The position numbers were made by a program, and so were the translations under genes. From Nageia nagi (lineage: Eukaryota > Plantae > Pinophyta): a stretch of DNA of 64,000 bases. The DNA lies in the NCBI GenBank assembly GCA_050084985.1, contig JBITNC010000001.1:83762001-83826000 (forward strand), read 5' to 3'. Shown here piece by piece: positions 1-14,617 of the stretch. The notes under the pieces were generated by a model that was not told where the DNA came from, made no database searches, and saw only the letters and a list, made by a program, of their open reading frames with translations. Position 1 is the stretch's first letter. Each line of letters opens with the position of its first letter.

Positions 1-739
1 CTTGCATTGGGTTCATAACCTTATTTCTTATCAAATATGTTTCTTAAATTTTGCTCTTTACATTCATGCAATAAAAATATTTTTCATTCTCTTCAATAAA
101 ATATAAATTATCAAAAAGTCCCCTTGGGGAGAATTAGTCAAAAATGAAATGAAATGATAATTAAATTTTTTGTTACTTGTGTTTTTCAAGATTGTTACTT
201 TTTTTCACCTCATGGATGTGGCACAAACCTGATAGACCTTTCATTTTTAGAAAATTTCTTTCTTATCCTAGCATTGATGCCACATTCCTAGCATTTTTGC
301 TAGATTATAATGGTCACTTAAAATGCATTTTCTTTTCCATATTGCATGTAAAAGTGTAAATGTGAAAAACAAATTCTATTTTTCATTTATGTATCATGGT
401 TGACCAAAAATAAAATGAACTCTTATTTTGCATAGACTATCATATTTCAAAAACTTATCAGTGTTTCAAAAATGCTATTTTCCATTTATCATAAATGCAT
501 GTCATTAATTTGATTATCAGTATATATTGTTATGATATTTCACATAAATGTTGTATAAATAAAATTGCTTATCCAATGCCTAATTTCATATCTTATTAAA
601 TGATTACCAATGAACATTATTTCTTATCAGTATATGTTATGATTAAAATTGCATTATGATTCTCACATTTATCATGATTTTCTTAGCAAATTTCTTATCA
701 CATGATCAAAATGTTTTCATATCATATTATTGCTTATCA

Positions 740-1020
740 TTGACCTCCTTTGTAAGGAAGGGGTACTCTTATTAGCAAATTCATGGAGACATGGTGGTTT
801 GGGGTACCAATTTGGTCATCATATCATTAGCCTCCTTTATAAGGAAGGAGCACTCTTATCAACAAAATCCATGAAAACATAGTGGCTTGGGAAACCAAGC
901 TGATCATTCTTATCCTTTTATACATTTGTAAGGAAGGGTGAATCTTATCATTTGTTACCTTTGTAAGGAAGGGCCATTTATATAAAAATCCATGGCAATA
1001 TGGTGGTTTGGGAAACATAG
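740..1020 (+). repeat. Degenerate tandem repeats (3-4 units of ~70-90 bp), probably the 3' UTR of an LTR element
   Basis: Recurrent core CCTTTGTAAGGAAGGG...CCATG...TGGTGGTTTGGG near 745, 830, 920 and 958. Confidence 0.7.
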
Positions 1021-1371
1021 CTAATTAATCTAAATTATTTATCATATTAATCTCATCTTGGTGGATAAATCACCAAGGATAGGTTTTCTTTCTTATCACT
1101 TATCATATTTCTCATATCATGTTGTTCAATGTGTATATTTGAGATATATTATACAAAATATTTCTTATTTGATCTCTTTGCAAGTACCTTTTTCTCTACA
1201 TTGGATTGCTTGTATGATGAGAAGTCCATCATGTCATAACTAAGTCAAATATGGGGCATCTAAAGCTTCCACCATGTCACAACACTTTAGGGAGTAACTT
1301 CTTACTTTTCATAGTATACTTAAAATTCATGCTTTGATTTTCTTTTATCTCAAAAGTATCAAAACATATTT

Positions 1372-2140
1372 AAAGTGGGGTATCTGTTAACACCTAAAAA
1401 AGAATTTTGATTTAATTAAAAAACCTTTTTAGATATTTGAAGTAATTTATTTAATTTATTAAATAAATACTCTTTTCCATGTGTATTCTCATCTACCTTT
1501 ATAGTTTATGGTAATATGTCAATTTAACATCAGAATAAACCTAAGGAGGAGCCTTAGCACTAAACATCTTGCCTATAAATGTGGAGGGTCTGTGCATGAT
1601 CAAATGTATGACATGATATGAAATAATCCTAAATCCTTTATGGGTGGTAATATATTTATGTCAATCTTGACCGATATTTCTCAATGCCACCTATCATCTC
1701 TAGATTTTGTTGTACTCAAATCTTTGTATTCCTATAATATTTCATCCCTTCACAAGTAAGATTTGAAGGATCAAAGGGGGGATAATGACATTGAGAGAAA
1801 GGGTGAGGCATTTTGAAAAAATAACTAGGTGCTATCACTAGGTTGAGATTAGATTGGTGGCTTCATATTTGAGGTAAGCTTATCATTCATCCTCTTTCAA
1901 TCAATTTGTTTCTTAATTTGTTGTCATAGGTAAAGTGAAGGTTTGTATCTTCTATATATCTAGTTTTGATAGGTCATTATCATATTTTATGTCATTTATT
2001 TCATGTTATTCATAGTTAATTGATGAATTTAATTATTCTATAAATAACCCTAATAATTAATATTTTGGTTATAATAATTGGTAATGAGATAATCACACAT
2101 ATTGATAATCAATAATTAAAGTATTTGAAAACTCAATTAA
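1372..2140 (+). mobile_element. PPT followed by an LTR remnant
   Basis: AAAGTGGGGTATC followed by TGTTAACACC at 1385; CTATAAAT TATA box ~1573; right end uncertain. Confidence 0.4.
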
Positions 2141-2149
2141 AGTTGAAAC

Positions 2150-4440
2150 ATTCTAGGTATTTTAGATGGATGAGTTTTCTACAATGATTTCACTTGATTA
2201 TCAATTATAAGAAGGGAAATCAAAATAAAATTATGGATATGCTTTCCAGATAACCTATGTCTATAGCAATCACAACTCTTGTGCTATATAATTATGTCTT
2301 TAGGATATTGATCCATTATGAAATTTTATCCTTTTAGCTTTAAGGTATATTCAAAAGCATATGTGTGACTTTGAAGAAGTAAATTAAAGGTTGAATTCAT
2401 ATAGATCGAATTATGAAGGTATGGATGATTATAATTTGCAAGATATGCTTATTTATAATTTTAATGTATTATGTATTCTTGAAGGGGGGAGAGTTAGAAT
2501 GGTTAGAGAAGATCATGCATCCAATATAGTTGATCATGTAGGGGTTAGAAAGATATTACATAATTTCCAAAGCCATGTGTATTTTCCCAAGATGTAAGAA
2601 TAAGTTTCCAAGTACATTAGAGGTTGTTCTTTATGTTGCACAAGTAAGCCTAGTAACAAGAAATTGAGTTTGTATTAGGCAATTCTAGTACCAAATCATC
2701 ATTAGGAGTATATCACAATATATTTTGTAGGAGTTTGCCTATTTATAGGAAGGACATGACTATTTATTTGTTTTGGTGAATAGTTTTACTAATATAATCA
2801 TATTAATCCCATGTAAGAAGACTATTATAGTACAAGATTCTAAAAATTTATTCTTTTCTCATGTTTGGGTTCATTTTGTGTTACCTCATATGTTATTTCT
2901 GATAATGATAGTAGATTTTTAGGAGAATTTTGGACTTATTTGTGGGAGAATATGGAAAAATGAAGAGGAGTATTTTCATTCATTCTCAAATGGATGGAAA
3001 AACTAGAGTGGTGAATAGGAAAGTGGTTAAGCTCTTTAAAGGTTATTGTAACAATCATCCTAAGTTTTGAAATGAGCATCTTGAGTATATTGAACACTCA
3101 TATAGTAGGGAAATCTATTCTTCCATTGATAAAACTACATTTGAGACTTATTTTGGTTATTTACCACCCTCAAAATTTGATTATGTGTTTGGGAAACAAA
3201 AGGATGAATGAGATTCACTTGTGAAGAAGGAAAAGTAAGCTGAAACTTTTATTGAAAAGATTAGGCAAATTCATTTGAAAGTTAAAGAGAAACTCAAAGT
3301 AAGCCAACATAAGTACAAGTTGAAGAAGGATGGAGTTGACCATAATTTTTATATAGGATATAATCTTTGCTTATATCTTAGCAAGGAGAGGTTACAGGGA
3401 CCAACCAAGAAGTTGAAACCTATAATGTATGAACTACTTGAGATTATGGAGCAAGTGAGTCAAAATGCATTTAGAATAAATCTACCAACATATATGAATA
3501 TCTACTCAGTTATGAATGTGGAGAACTTAAAATTATATGATCCATCCATTTTGACTAAATATGAAGCAAGTTCATATTAGATTTTACATATCTTGATGAC
3601 TTAGCTCCTCATACTATAGATGAACTCAAGGAGGATTTCATATTGCAAACTAAGGTTCATTCTATACGAAGAGGATAGATTAATATATGGTTCATTATAT
3701 AGAAAGGAAAAATACTTAATATAGCCAAATGGATGGATAAATGAAAGGTTAAGAAGTTGTATCCTCATCTTCTCATAAAAAAGAGTACTTTTAGGATCAA
3801 AAGCTTCACTATTAGGGAGGTGTGATTTGAAATAGATCAAAAAGTTAATATCTATAGGAGAAAAAATTATCCCAAATTTTTATTGTTTGAGATTAACTTA
3901 AATATGAAATCTAGTGACTTGATCTCATAGGAAATATGGCATCCATATCATGCTAATGCTAACTTCAAGGAATCCATGACATAGGTTTGGATCATTTTTC
4001 ATAAGAAGATGAGGGCTAGGTTTGTTGTTATAGTTAGATAATTTTAGAGCTTAACCATTGGCTTATAGTGTATCTAAGCATATTTGAGGCCTATGTTTCC
4101 ATTGTTATGGGGTTGTAGAGTTAGACAAGTTTTAGAAGGAGACCAAGAGTCATCTTGTAATTGTTGTCCTCTAAAAATTATTATTCTATTATAGGATTAT
4201 TGTATAAGTATTTAAGAAAATGTATTGCTATCAAATTAATAGTATTCATTCATATACATGTACATGTTATAATTCTCTATGTAAAATAAAAATAAGTGCT
4301 CCCATTCCATGCTAGATTAACCCACATTAGGTGAACTAGGGTAAATCGCTATGTTAAACATTTGTGTGTGTGATTTGAGATTGTTATTTTACTATTATTA
4401 TATAGTATTTAGTTAATTTTCTAATTTGAAAATTAATTTG
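2150..4440 (+). mobile_element. Degenerate Ty3/Gypsy chromovirus 3' half (RNase H end, integrase, chromodomain-like tail, PPT, 3' LTR)
   Basis: ORF pieces MVREDHAS..HVGVRK (integrase zinc finger) and KERLQGPTKKLKP...NAFRINLPTYMNIYSVMNVENLKLY; PPT AGGGAGG ~3814 followed by TG. Confidence 0.85.
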
Positions 4441-4849
4441 ATGGGTAAAATAATGTTATTTTATTTTTCAAATACATAAGTGAGGATCTGAGTATACTAT
4501 AAGCATTTGGTGGTTACAGATCATGGCTTCTCAAGACTAGTAGGTGGAAGTTCATTAGGCACATATCACATCATGAGATCATCAGTTAGTGGCCCTTAAG
4601 ATCTTTCCACATGTATCATAGCACCTGCAAGTCAAGAAAATCCAAGATTTGCTAATGTTAAAGGACACTCATATCCTTTAGTTATAGCAAACCTTAACAA
4701 TATATATCAAGAGATATATAAGTAGGTTTAGCACTAAATCTCATGGTGCCATTGTATACCAACATTCCCATCATAGAAGAAATTAGTTGTAATTTGTATT
4801 ATATATATATATATATTATATATATATATTATATCATATAATTACAAAA

Positions 4850-5860
4850 TATGCTATGAAATACAACAAGTAAAAGATGAAAAACTCTAAGGGATATCCC
4901 AAGTACCATCACTATTATGAATCGTATGTTTACTAGCAATTGTTGTAGCTATGGTATTATGGTTAAGATTGTGGGAAATTTACAATATTAGTCTGAACTT
5001 CCTTCCCATAATCATTAAGTGTTGACTTTTTAAATTACAAAAAATAGGTTATTGAAGATCCTTAATATTTGGTTTTGTAAATGCACAAGTCCATCTTGAA
5101 TAGATTTTCCTATAAACTAATAGTAAAACTATATCTAGAAATTCATGATCAAATTTAAACTTACTAACATCATGTAAACCATAAATTAAATTTTTCAAAT
5201 GGCTACAAGTTTTATTACATGCCTTACTCTTCTATAAAAGTTGAAAAAGAGGTGAGCTTGGTATTCATAAGGTTTAATATCAAGGGATTATTTTAATGGT
5301 GGGTAATAAATTTGTTTTTTATCAATCAAAGCATAAAGTACATCATAAATATATTAATTTTAATTTTTTATATTTCCTTGGTGATTGTCTAGTTTTCATT
5401 ACTTAAATATGGTCATGGATAACTCTTGATACCATGTTAACTTCCATTTATTTTATTTTTTGACTACTTTAGTTTGCTAAGGAAATATAGATTTTAAGAT
5501 CATTTTTCATTTCATGTGATCTAAAGGTACATTGAAGGACTTATGTACAACTTTTAGTTGTAAAGCATTTCATCTATCAAATCCTCATAAGGAAAGTATT
5601 GAAAATATAAAAAATTATTTCTACGTAATGGAAGCAAGGATGAAAAAAGAACATGTTTCTTTTCTTTATTAGGTACTTGAACTAAATAAGCAACTTTTTT
5701 CTATTTAATTATCAAATTGCTAATAACCTAACCTTGTTTTTTATTTAAGTTATACATGTCTAAAGGGGAAGTTTCTTATGGTATGTACAAATTATATCTT
5801 TTGAAGAAATGCTTTAGCTAGATCATATAAATTTTGAATACTTTCATTATGCAACTTTGT
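4850..5860 (-). mobile_element. Copia remnant: LTR, tRNA-Met PBS and start of gag
   Basis: Minus-strand ...TAACA TGGTATCAAGAG (PBS at 5423-5434) abutting the LTR end at 5435. Confidence 0.5.
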
Positions 5861-6084
5861 TAACCATAAAAAGAAATCAAAACATAAATTAAATGGAAAT
5901 ATTTTAGCTAATATACTATTATCATTTTCAAATGCAAAATATTCTCAATGATATCATCTTAAATATTCTCTAGGATTTGAATAACCATTAGAATTTGTAA
6001 AATATACCTATTTATCATACGTCTTTTGATATATTGGGTAGAAAAAAGAATTTTCATGTCCTCTTAAAACGATTGGCATAGATT

Positions 6085-6790
6085 TAACTATGTAGGCAAT
6101 TATGGAGTCTTTTTATTGTTGTATCTAAGAAAGTGATTCAATCACATCATCTAGTTGAGTCATACTTTAGTAGAATCATTTTAGCAAAATTATTTCTTTT
6201 AGGTAAACCTTGAAATAAGGCAAATGCATGATATTTTTCCTTTTCTAACTTCTAAATTAAATCAATGACCATTTGTATTTTTTTCATAAGTAAAGTGGTC
6301 TAAAAATCAATGCCATATCAAATATGATTTTATTTTATTTTAATAATTTCATATTATTCATGGAAATATTCTAACCAATAAATCATCATCATTTTTAAAT
6401 GAAAAATCTTCTAAATTATATCTTCTAAAATTTTCCCTATGATCTGAATAGCCATCAAAAATTATAAACTTTACTTGTTTCTTATAACTTTGTTAATAGT
6501 TATGATAGCAAAAGGATTTTTTATTTTATCTTGAAATTATGGAAACAAATTTGTTGATGTAGGAAATTATGGAGTCTTTTGTTATTGTATTTGACTAATC
6601 TTTTCAAACACATCATTTACTTGAATTGTACTTTAGTATAATCATTCATACACACATTTATTCTTTTAGGTAATCATTGAAATAAGCCAAATTTGTGATA
6701 TTTTTATTATTCCAACCTATAAATTAAATCATTAACCACTTGCCTTTAATCCATAACTAAATAAATATAAAAATAAATACCATATCAAAG
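6085..6790 (-). repeat. Two diverged direct copies (~250 bp, ~470 bp apart) of a Copia GAG-pre-integrase-like segment
   Basis: TGTAGG.AATTATGGAGTCTTTT...CACATCAT...TACTTTAGTA.AATCATT...CTTTTAGGTAA at ~6090 and ~6558; minus-strand IWH-like motif. Confidence 0.55.
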
Positions 6791-6798
6791 ATAATTTA

Positions 6799-9700
6799 TG
6801 TTGGAATTTGCACTTGATTGAATATCTCAAACTTGAAGTTCCAAGACATTTCCCTAAAACTTGACTAATTCAAATAGATTAGTCAACTTTGGAGAGGGAT
6901 ACCTTTTCATGAATACATCCAATTGATTCAATTCTTTTTGCAATGTATATTTATTGAAGATACCTTTCCAATGACTATACACATGCTTACCTTCTATAGA
7001 GGATTGACCATCATATTGGCTATTTTTGGAAAACTATCCTTATCTTTCTATATACACTTTGACCCTACATGTTTTATTAAAAAAAAATGCCTCAACATTT
7101 CATACCCTAGAAAATGCCTCAATATTTCATATTTTGGGAAATGCCTCAATGTTCCTTACTACCCTACATATTTTATTAGTATTTTTTACTATTTTTGATA
7201 TTTTTGATATTTTGATTAGTTTTTCTTAGATCCACTTTGTTTGGGCATCAATTAATTTGTAAGTGTAATGGGAGATAGTCCTAGAACATGTTTGTAACTC
7301 CCATTTGGTTTTTTTTATTTTATTCTAGTGAATTTTATGTAACATTCCATAGCATTTAGTTTCTCATTCATGTAACCTCCATGGGAGCTTAGTTTTAGTT
7401 ACTCATTGGAGCTCTATATAGTGTACTCCATTTTTCTTAATGAAACAAATTATGTTAGCTTCAAACTATCTCATATTGGTATCAAAAACATTATATCTAC
7501 ATGTGTTAGAGTATAGTTTTTGGGTACTTTGATAAGAACTTATCATGTTTTTTCAAAAGTAATCCAAGAGAATTTTTACTAGTTGTGTGAGATTTTTGTA
7601 TGATACTAAATATTTGTAAGTGAGCAAGAGAGAGATTTAAGAGCTCTATAAAGAGCATATATAGTATAGTATGTAGCATAAGTGTATGTTTTATATGTAA
7701 GAAAGTTTATTATTAGTGTAATATTTTGCTAGAATTTGAGAGTGTAAGATTTGTGAGAGTAAGTTTGTTGTTCTAGAAGATTTATGAAATGTCTACATTT
7801 ATGATTGCTTGTTGTTCTTGGTATCATGTCCAACAATAACATGAAATATGAATTACAAGACCTAATATTTTTTGGATAAGAGTATATTATGAAGAATCAA
7901 ATTTGGGAACTCACTCATTTGGAGTGAAATATTATCTTGTTGAAAAAGTAATAAATGAGGCACTATGGGATTTTGATCCAAGGGAGCATGTAAATGAAAA
8001 AGAAATAGAAGATATGAAATTTTTGTTTGAATATCATTCATATGGAGTGAAGCACACTTTATTTAAGGAAGAGATAAATAATTAAGATGCAATAGAGATT
8101 GATGAGATTCAAGTTTTAATCACTATGGAGTCATCAATTGTGAAACTTGAAAATCACTCTCATAGAGTGGCTATAATGAGGATTGATAGTTATCTTGCAA
8201 AGACAAAAATAATTGAAAAATAAGTGAAGAGGAGAACTATTGGAGAGTTTATGACTTCCAAAAATGTAAAAGTACAATAATTTTGTACAAAACAAGGCTA
8301 ATGGAATCCTAGTCAAAGCATCATTAGAGGTAGTAGTTTTTTATTTTTTGATTTTTGCACTAATGATTGTTTGAATAAATGGTTGAAAAACGTTTTTGAG
8401 GCTATTGATGGAAAATAAGCATGTATTACAAATACATCATATGAAAACATGCAAGTGGTACCTCATTCTTGGAGAGAACAATTTGCAAGCCTTGAGGCTT
8501 GGCTTATGAAAAATCCTAAGAAGAATTTTTTGAAGACTAGTTTATAAAGATAACTATGAAGACCTTCCTTTATAAAAAAAAAGATCTTGATAGTTGAAAA
8601 TCCTTGGATGAAGAAGACATGTGCAACAATAGTGAGGATTGATAGTTTGTATGAAGAGTATTGCTTTCTAGTTGCATATGTAATAAGTCATATCATGACT
8701 TTATGTTCTTTTAGATTTTATGTACAAATTATGTGAGAGTGTTATGGTTTAATAATATATGTGAGGATTGATAGTTTGTATGAAGAGTATTGCTTTCTAG
8801 TTGCATATGTAATAAGTCATATCATGACTTTATGTTCTTTGAGATTTTATGTACAAATATATGTGAGAGTGTTATGGTTTAATAATTTATGTGAGGTGGT
8901 TGAATCTTATACATGTACCACTTGGGAAGTATGGTGCAAACATGTGAGCAAAGATGAAAAAGAATTATTTATGAGGATGTTTGAATTTTTTGGAATATAA
9001 ATATAAGAAACTTTTGATGAAGGGAGGGTATCTCATCAAAAGGAACTCAATATATTTTTTTAGGAAGTAATCTTGATAGAGGATAGCCCACATACAAAGT
9101 GGAAGGAGTGCCAAAACTATTTTTTGTAATTTTTCAGATTTCTACTTCAAGATTAAAAGAAATGGAAGAGAATACCAATCAATTATTTTTTACAAGTTTT
9201 TTATACTTCTAAACTATAGGAAGAGTTTTTTTAGCATCAATATGGAGTATGTTTGAATTTGTACTTGATTGAATACCTCAAACTTAAAGTTCTAGGACTT
9301 GTCCCTAAAACTTGACTAGTTCAAATAGATCAGTCAAATTTGTAGAGGAATAAATTTTTATGGAGGTATCCAATTAATTGATTCTTTTCAAAATGGATAG
9401 TTATTGAAGGTACCTTTCTAATAAGTATATTTATGCCTACCTTCTATAGAGTATTGGCCATCATATTGGTTATTCTTTGAAGAATTATCCTTATCTACCC
9501 ATAAATGTTTTGAACCTGCATGTTTTGTCAAACAGAAATGTATCAATATTTCATAGCTTGAAAAATTCTTAGAATTTCATATTTTAGTAAATACCTTAAC
9601 ATTTCTTACTACCCTAAGTATATTTAAGTAGTTTTTACTGAGTTTGACATTTATGATGTCTTGATTGGTTTTTCTTAGCTCCACTTCATCTAGGCATTAG

Positions 9701-9921
9701 TTACTATATAGATGTAATGGGAGATAGTCCTAGAATAATTTTGTAACTCCCATTTGGTATTTTTAGTTGTATTCTAATGGATTTTATGTAACAATACATA
9801 ATATTTAGTTTCTCATTAATGTAACCTCCATGAGATCTAAATCTTATTTACTCATTGGACCTCTATATATTATGTTCCATTTTTCTTAATGAAAAAATTG
9901 TGTTAGCATCAAATTATCACA
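6799..9921 (+). mobile_element. Complete non-autonomous LTR retrotransposon (TRIM/LARD-like): LTRs 6799-7473 and 9250-9921, TSD ATTTA
   Basis: Two ~675 bp TG...CA direct repeats; PBS TGGTATCAAAAAC at 7477; ATTTA at 6794-6798 and 9922-9926; no gag/pol motifs recognised inside. Confidence 0.9.
8632..8890 (+). repeat. Near-identical ~130 bp tandem duplication inside the non-autonomous LTR element
   Basis: GTGAGGATTGATAGTTTGTATGAAGAGTATTGC... starts at 8632 and 8761. Confidence 0.95.
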
Positions 9922-10779
9922 ATTTAATCCTATTTTGATAATTTCAAATTCTTAATGATACCAATTAGGTCTACTTTGTAGGTAAAACTCAATTATTTCA
10001 TTAACCTCTACCTACCATCTATCCTACAAACTTATTATGTTAACTATTCTAATATCTGTGATATCAACTAGCTCTTCTTCATCAATATTATCCTCTTGAT
10101 CTTCCTCAAAATAAAAAAATACCTATAAAATTACATGATGCTCATGTTATTCATTTATAATTGATGTCTATGGATCTTTAATCATAATTAGATACTATAA
10201 TAGAGAAATGTCACTAAGATTTGAATAAATGGGGATGTCTTACTTAGGATTTATTGGTTTAAGATCTACATTTAGTGGGGGAATTTGAAAATTCACAAAG
10301 GTAAATTATTGAGGAAATTGAAATATTTATATATTTTATGATAAGGAGTTATGTTTATATCATTTTGAGTTTGTTGGAATTTTTTTTGTCTAACATATTC
10401 AAGATAAAACTCTAAAGTAGCTTTGAATATATATTTTATTTTAGTTGATACCTTTTGTAGAGTTTTTAAAAGATAAGGTAAGCATGATTTATCAAGGAGT
10501 GATTGTATACCATATGGAAGTGATAAAGATATCTAATTAATATTTGTACCATATCATTGTGTGGCTCTTTACTAGTTTGGGATCTAATATTAGTAGTTTT
10601 AAAGGTGTTCTCTTCTCTTAAATCATATTGATCTCCAAAATGATGATAATATTTTTGAGCACTATCATATTGTTCACGATGATAAATTTTCTTACCTGCT
10701 CATTTTATAAAATTAAAATTTCATTTTAGGTGTTAACATAATCATTTCATTTTCAAATAGGATCATGGTAAACTCAATT

Positions 10780-11251
10780 ATAATGCAACAATGAAGTATG
10801 AGAATGATACCTTAATCAAGAATAACCCATCAAATATGGTACTCAAAATAAATAATAAGAATATTATTGGATATAAATTTGTATGTAGGACCATGTACAC
10901 ATCTATAGTTGAAAGGAAGAACTATAACACTTGATTCATGATTAGGGATCATTCTCATAAGGAGGATATTAAGGACAACATTACCTTTGTTTGTGTAACT
11001 TCCATGGCTTCAATTAAATTCTTCTAACTAGATGGCTTCTAGTATTAATTGAAAGATGTGAAAAGTAGATCTTAAGATTTCATTTTTTAATAGTGACTTG
11101 AAGGAGAAGATCTATATAGAGAAAAGTTTTAGACTTTAGAAATATGGATCTATTTTTCATTCTACAGCATTAAGAATTGTTTGTATGGATTAAAACAAGG
11201 ACTAAGAAAATGGTATAAAATATTTAATACTTTTCTTATCAACTTAGAATT

Positions 11252-11285
<34 letters not shown>

Positions 11286-12638
11286 AACTGTATATGTGAG
11301 GATGAAAGCTAGATAATTCATCATCATTATGTTATCTATGCATGAGATGATTAATTGAAATTCTAACACAAAAAATAAATGAATTAATTTACATTGAGAA
11401 ATACATTTGAGACGATAAATCTAGGTTTTTAAAAATAGTTCTTTGATTGCATGTGTTGTAAATGAAAGATGTTAGTTTTTTTATCTAACCCTAATAATAC
11501 CATAGAATTATTCAATAAATTCAAAATGGATGAGTGTAATAAGGGAAAGTATTCTTTCTTAAGCAAACACTTTTGAAACCTCTTTTGATAATGTTAAATT
11601 TGATTCCTCTTTGTACCATTTACTAGAGGATAAATTATTGTAATTTACCCATGGTAAATAAAATATTGCTATTGTAGTTAGATAATAATGTAGGATGATA
11701 TATGGTATATCTATGATAAATCCATTAAAGAAAAAATAAAGAAAGTTTTGATGTATATTAGCAAGACATTAGATATTGGTATTTTACAAGGGAGATAAAT
11801 AGTAAAGCCTTATTTTATGTACTCAAATTTAAATTATCACAATAATGATAATTAAAAAAAGTTAACTACTATCAAGGACCCATTACGGTTGAGTTGGAGG
11901 CATAAATGAGTAATAAGATAGGTGTTAGTATAATGAGGAGGAAGAATTTTTTTTTATATAAGGGTGATATCATTAGTATCTACATCATTTAATTCAAGAG
12001 CTTCACTTCACAAAAGGTTTTATATTGATTATGGATCGATAACCAAAGTACTATCCATATGAAGAAGAATATAATTTTACACTAGTGGTTCAAAAACATT
12101 ATGATTTATATGTATTATATTCAACAAAAAGTTCAAAATAGGAATATTGAAGTGTAATATAAAACAATGAAGGATTATATGAAAAATATCTTCATTGAAC
12201 CCATTCTATATGATTTTTTTATTTCCTTCCATTAAATGATCAAGATCATAAGGCTCTAAAAAATGATGTTATTAAAGAAGGATGTTGGAGTGATGATGCC
12301 TTGTCTCTTTATCAAATATTATTGATTGTAAGAGTGGGTGTTTGATGTTAAGCTATATTCTAGTGTCAATCTTATTTTACTTACATTGAAGTAAATTTAT
12401 GTATACTAGTATTGAAGTATTTGATTCTTCTCAAATGTTGCAAAACTTAACACTCATCACTCTCCAAAATAAAATATGGATCATCTTTATTTGAGAGCAT
12501 GCTCATGAATCTAAGAAAATTCTTCATCCCACATGTATTTAGAGAAGTATAATATTGATACCAAAAATAGTTCCACTCATTATAGCTATTAGTTTCTCTT
12601 TTCCTTTACCATCAATAGGAAACCTTACATGTTTAACA
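10780..12638 (+). mobile_element. Highly degenerate Copia RT-RNase H, PPT and 3' LTR (12283-12638)
   Basis: LYGLKQGLRKWY at ~11181; RNase H DNQSTI...KNI ~12040-12100; TTAAAGAAGGA then TGTTGG...TTTAACA; (TA)n at 11255-11282. Confidence 0.75.
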
Positions 12639-13176
12639 AGAAAAATGTATTTATTAATATTTATTAACCATAATAGAATATTGGTTATGATCAATTGAAG
12701 CCAACCTTTTGATTTCATTCTATGAACCTAGAGTCTAGAATTTTTTATCTAAAGAAATACTATAACTATTTTATAACCATTATGATCTATTGCTTTCTTA
12801 CTCAATTTAGAATTAAAGACTTAAAATTTATTAATTTATGCCTACCACTCAAGAACCTTGATAACTAACTCTTTTTTTTCTTAAGTAATCCCCATATGCA
12901 TATCACAAATAAACATCATCTAAGTAATCTACATAAAACTAATAACCTCATTATGATTAATACCTCAATTTCACATTAGGAATTTTATTTTCTATTTATT
13001 ACTATCGAAAATTATTTTAAAATATAATACCAATACTACTTCAATTTTCACAATAATTTTATCTACTTATTCAATATATTTTATTGTTTTCTTATTATTA
13101 ATGATAATTAATGTTGTCTCTATATATAATACACAGAATCTTCTCAATACTTTATATATAAAATTTCCTTCACATG

Positions 13177-13337
13177 AAAGAAAGAAAAGAAAAAAAGTTT
13201 TATTAATGTCCAAGGGAGACCAAGAGCAGTCTCTGGGACAATTGTATGAGAGTACAATGTATATCATGACTAAGGGGAATAGAACATAGGACTCAAGACT
13301 AAGCAAAGTCCATGTAACCAACTCAACCCACAGCTAC
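13177..13337 (-). mobile_element. tRNA-derived SINE with (TTTC)n tail
   Basis: Minus strand: A-box GGGTTGAGTTGGT, B-box-like TGTTCTATTCCC, 3' CTCTTGGTCTCCCTTGGACATTAATAAAA plus TTTC tail; homologous to 19283-19440. Confidence 0.75.
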
Positions 13338-14195
13338 ACTACATATATTCATTTCTATTTTCTCTCTTTCTGAACATACATAATAGAGTGGAACTATTGA
13401 ACCATGAAAGAAGTCCAAATTAAGCCTAAATCTTCCCTAAAGAAACAGTCCAGTTTTATCAATTCTCCTCTCTAAGCAGGCTCAGATATCTATGTCACTT
13501 GTCATATAGTCGTTCATAGAGAATATATACGTTTATCCCTTAAATTAGATCATACATGCTGCAAAAACATGACAGTTCTTTCCGTGTACTGATGATCTTT
13601 CCTTCTGGGAGGCCTCTACAAACAGGAAGACGAGCCCTATATCAACAATGAGTTATCAAAGAAGTTAGCGGTCAAAACAAACCTTTTGCCTTTTCAAAGA
13701 ATAAAAAACTATTAACTAAATTTGAGTATCCACTTATCCGTAGACATCGTTTTTAGCTTCCATTTGAAACGCAGTGATTTGGAGTTAACCTATTAAAAGC
13801 AGTCAGTGCCTTCTTCTCTAGTGCATACATTGTTATGATGATACGCACAAAACCTTTTCATAGAGATGTGCACTTCATATCTCTTCTGTTGGGCCTACAT
13901 GTATAACCAAACTGTCCAGAGTCTTTTTTACAGTTACTGATTCCAATGTTCATACATATGAGTTTGAACGGTATCTCACGCAATCTAATGGGAGGAGATA
14001 ATACAGTGAGAGATGTGTCATGGCATGGCGGCATCTTAGCATGATATTAATCTATTTTCGTGAACTGATGTGGCATCAAGTTACCTTAAGGTAAGTGTCA
14101 AGTTAGGGTGCAAAGCTACGGACAGTAACCCTAAAGGCTTTATTCCAATTTTGAGAATCATTATATTCTTCTTGTTCATTATTTTAGGGATAGAT

Positions 14196-14208
14196 ATGGA
14201 TAGCTACA
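14196..14208 (+). CDS. Unknown gene, predicted first coding exon (MDSY+), exon 14188-14208
   Basis: ttattttAG acceptor; ATG 14196; donor A|GTTTGT in phase 1 matches the next exon; upstream strong donor AAG|GTAAGT at 14090 has an in-frame TAA, so that exon is probably 5' UTR. Confidence 0.45.
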
Positions 14209-14390
14209 GTTTGTTGTTATTGTTTCTGTTTTTCGTGTAAGAACCGATGATTCGAACGATGGCCCATTGATTCCATTGCACCAACAAATTTCAACTCTGG
14301 AGACTGCAATGTTTCGAGATCTTGTAGTCGTTCTTTGGCCACATTGTTGAGAACAAATAATGTGTGCTTAATTTGGAAAACATTTTACAG

Positions 14391-14617
14391 TTTGGGACTA
14401 TAAATTAAATGCTGTTAAGGAATTTTGTAGTGATGATATATGGACGCCATATATTTGTTTCAATTTAGGAGAATTATCTCCAAGTTACATTGAATCAAAT
14501 CCTTTGGAGAGAGTTTTTCGAATATGCAGGAGAAGGGGGCATCCACGTCCTTATGAAAATCCCAACTCTAAATTCCCTTGGAAATCTGGCATGTTCGCAA
14601 TGAATGAATATAGCCAG
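14391..14617 (+). CDS. Unknown gene exon: (I)WDYKLNAVKEFCSDDIWTPYICFNLGE...KSGMFAMNEYSQ
   Basis: ttttacAG acceptor, CAG|GTATGT donor, 227 nt open frame, CpG retained. Confidence 0.7.

Noticed and set aside
740-1020. CRISPR-like repeat array
   Set aside because: Repeats are degenerate with homologous spacers, the context is eukaryotic TE, and no cas genes are present.
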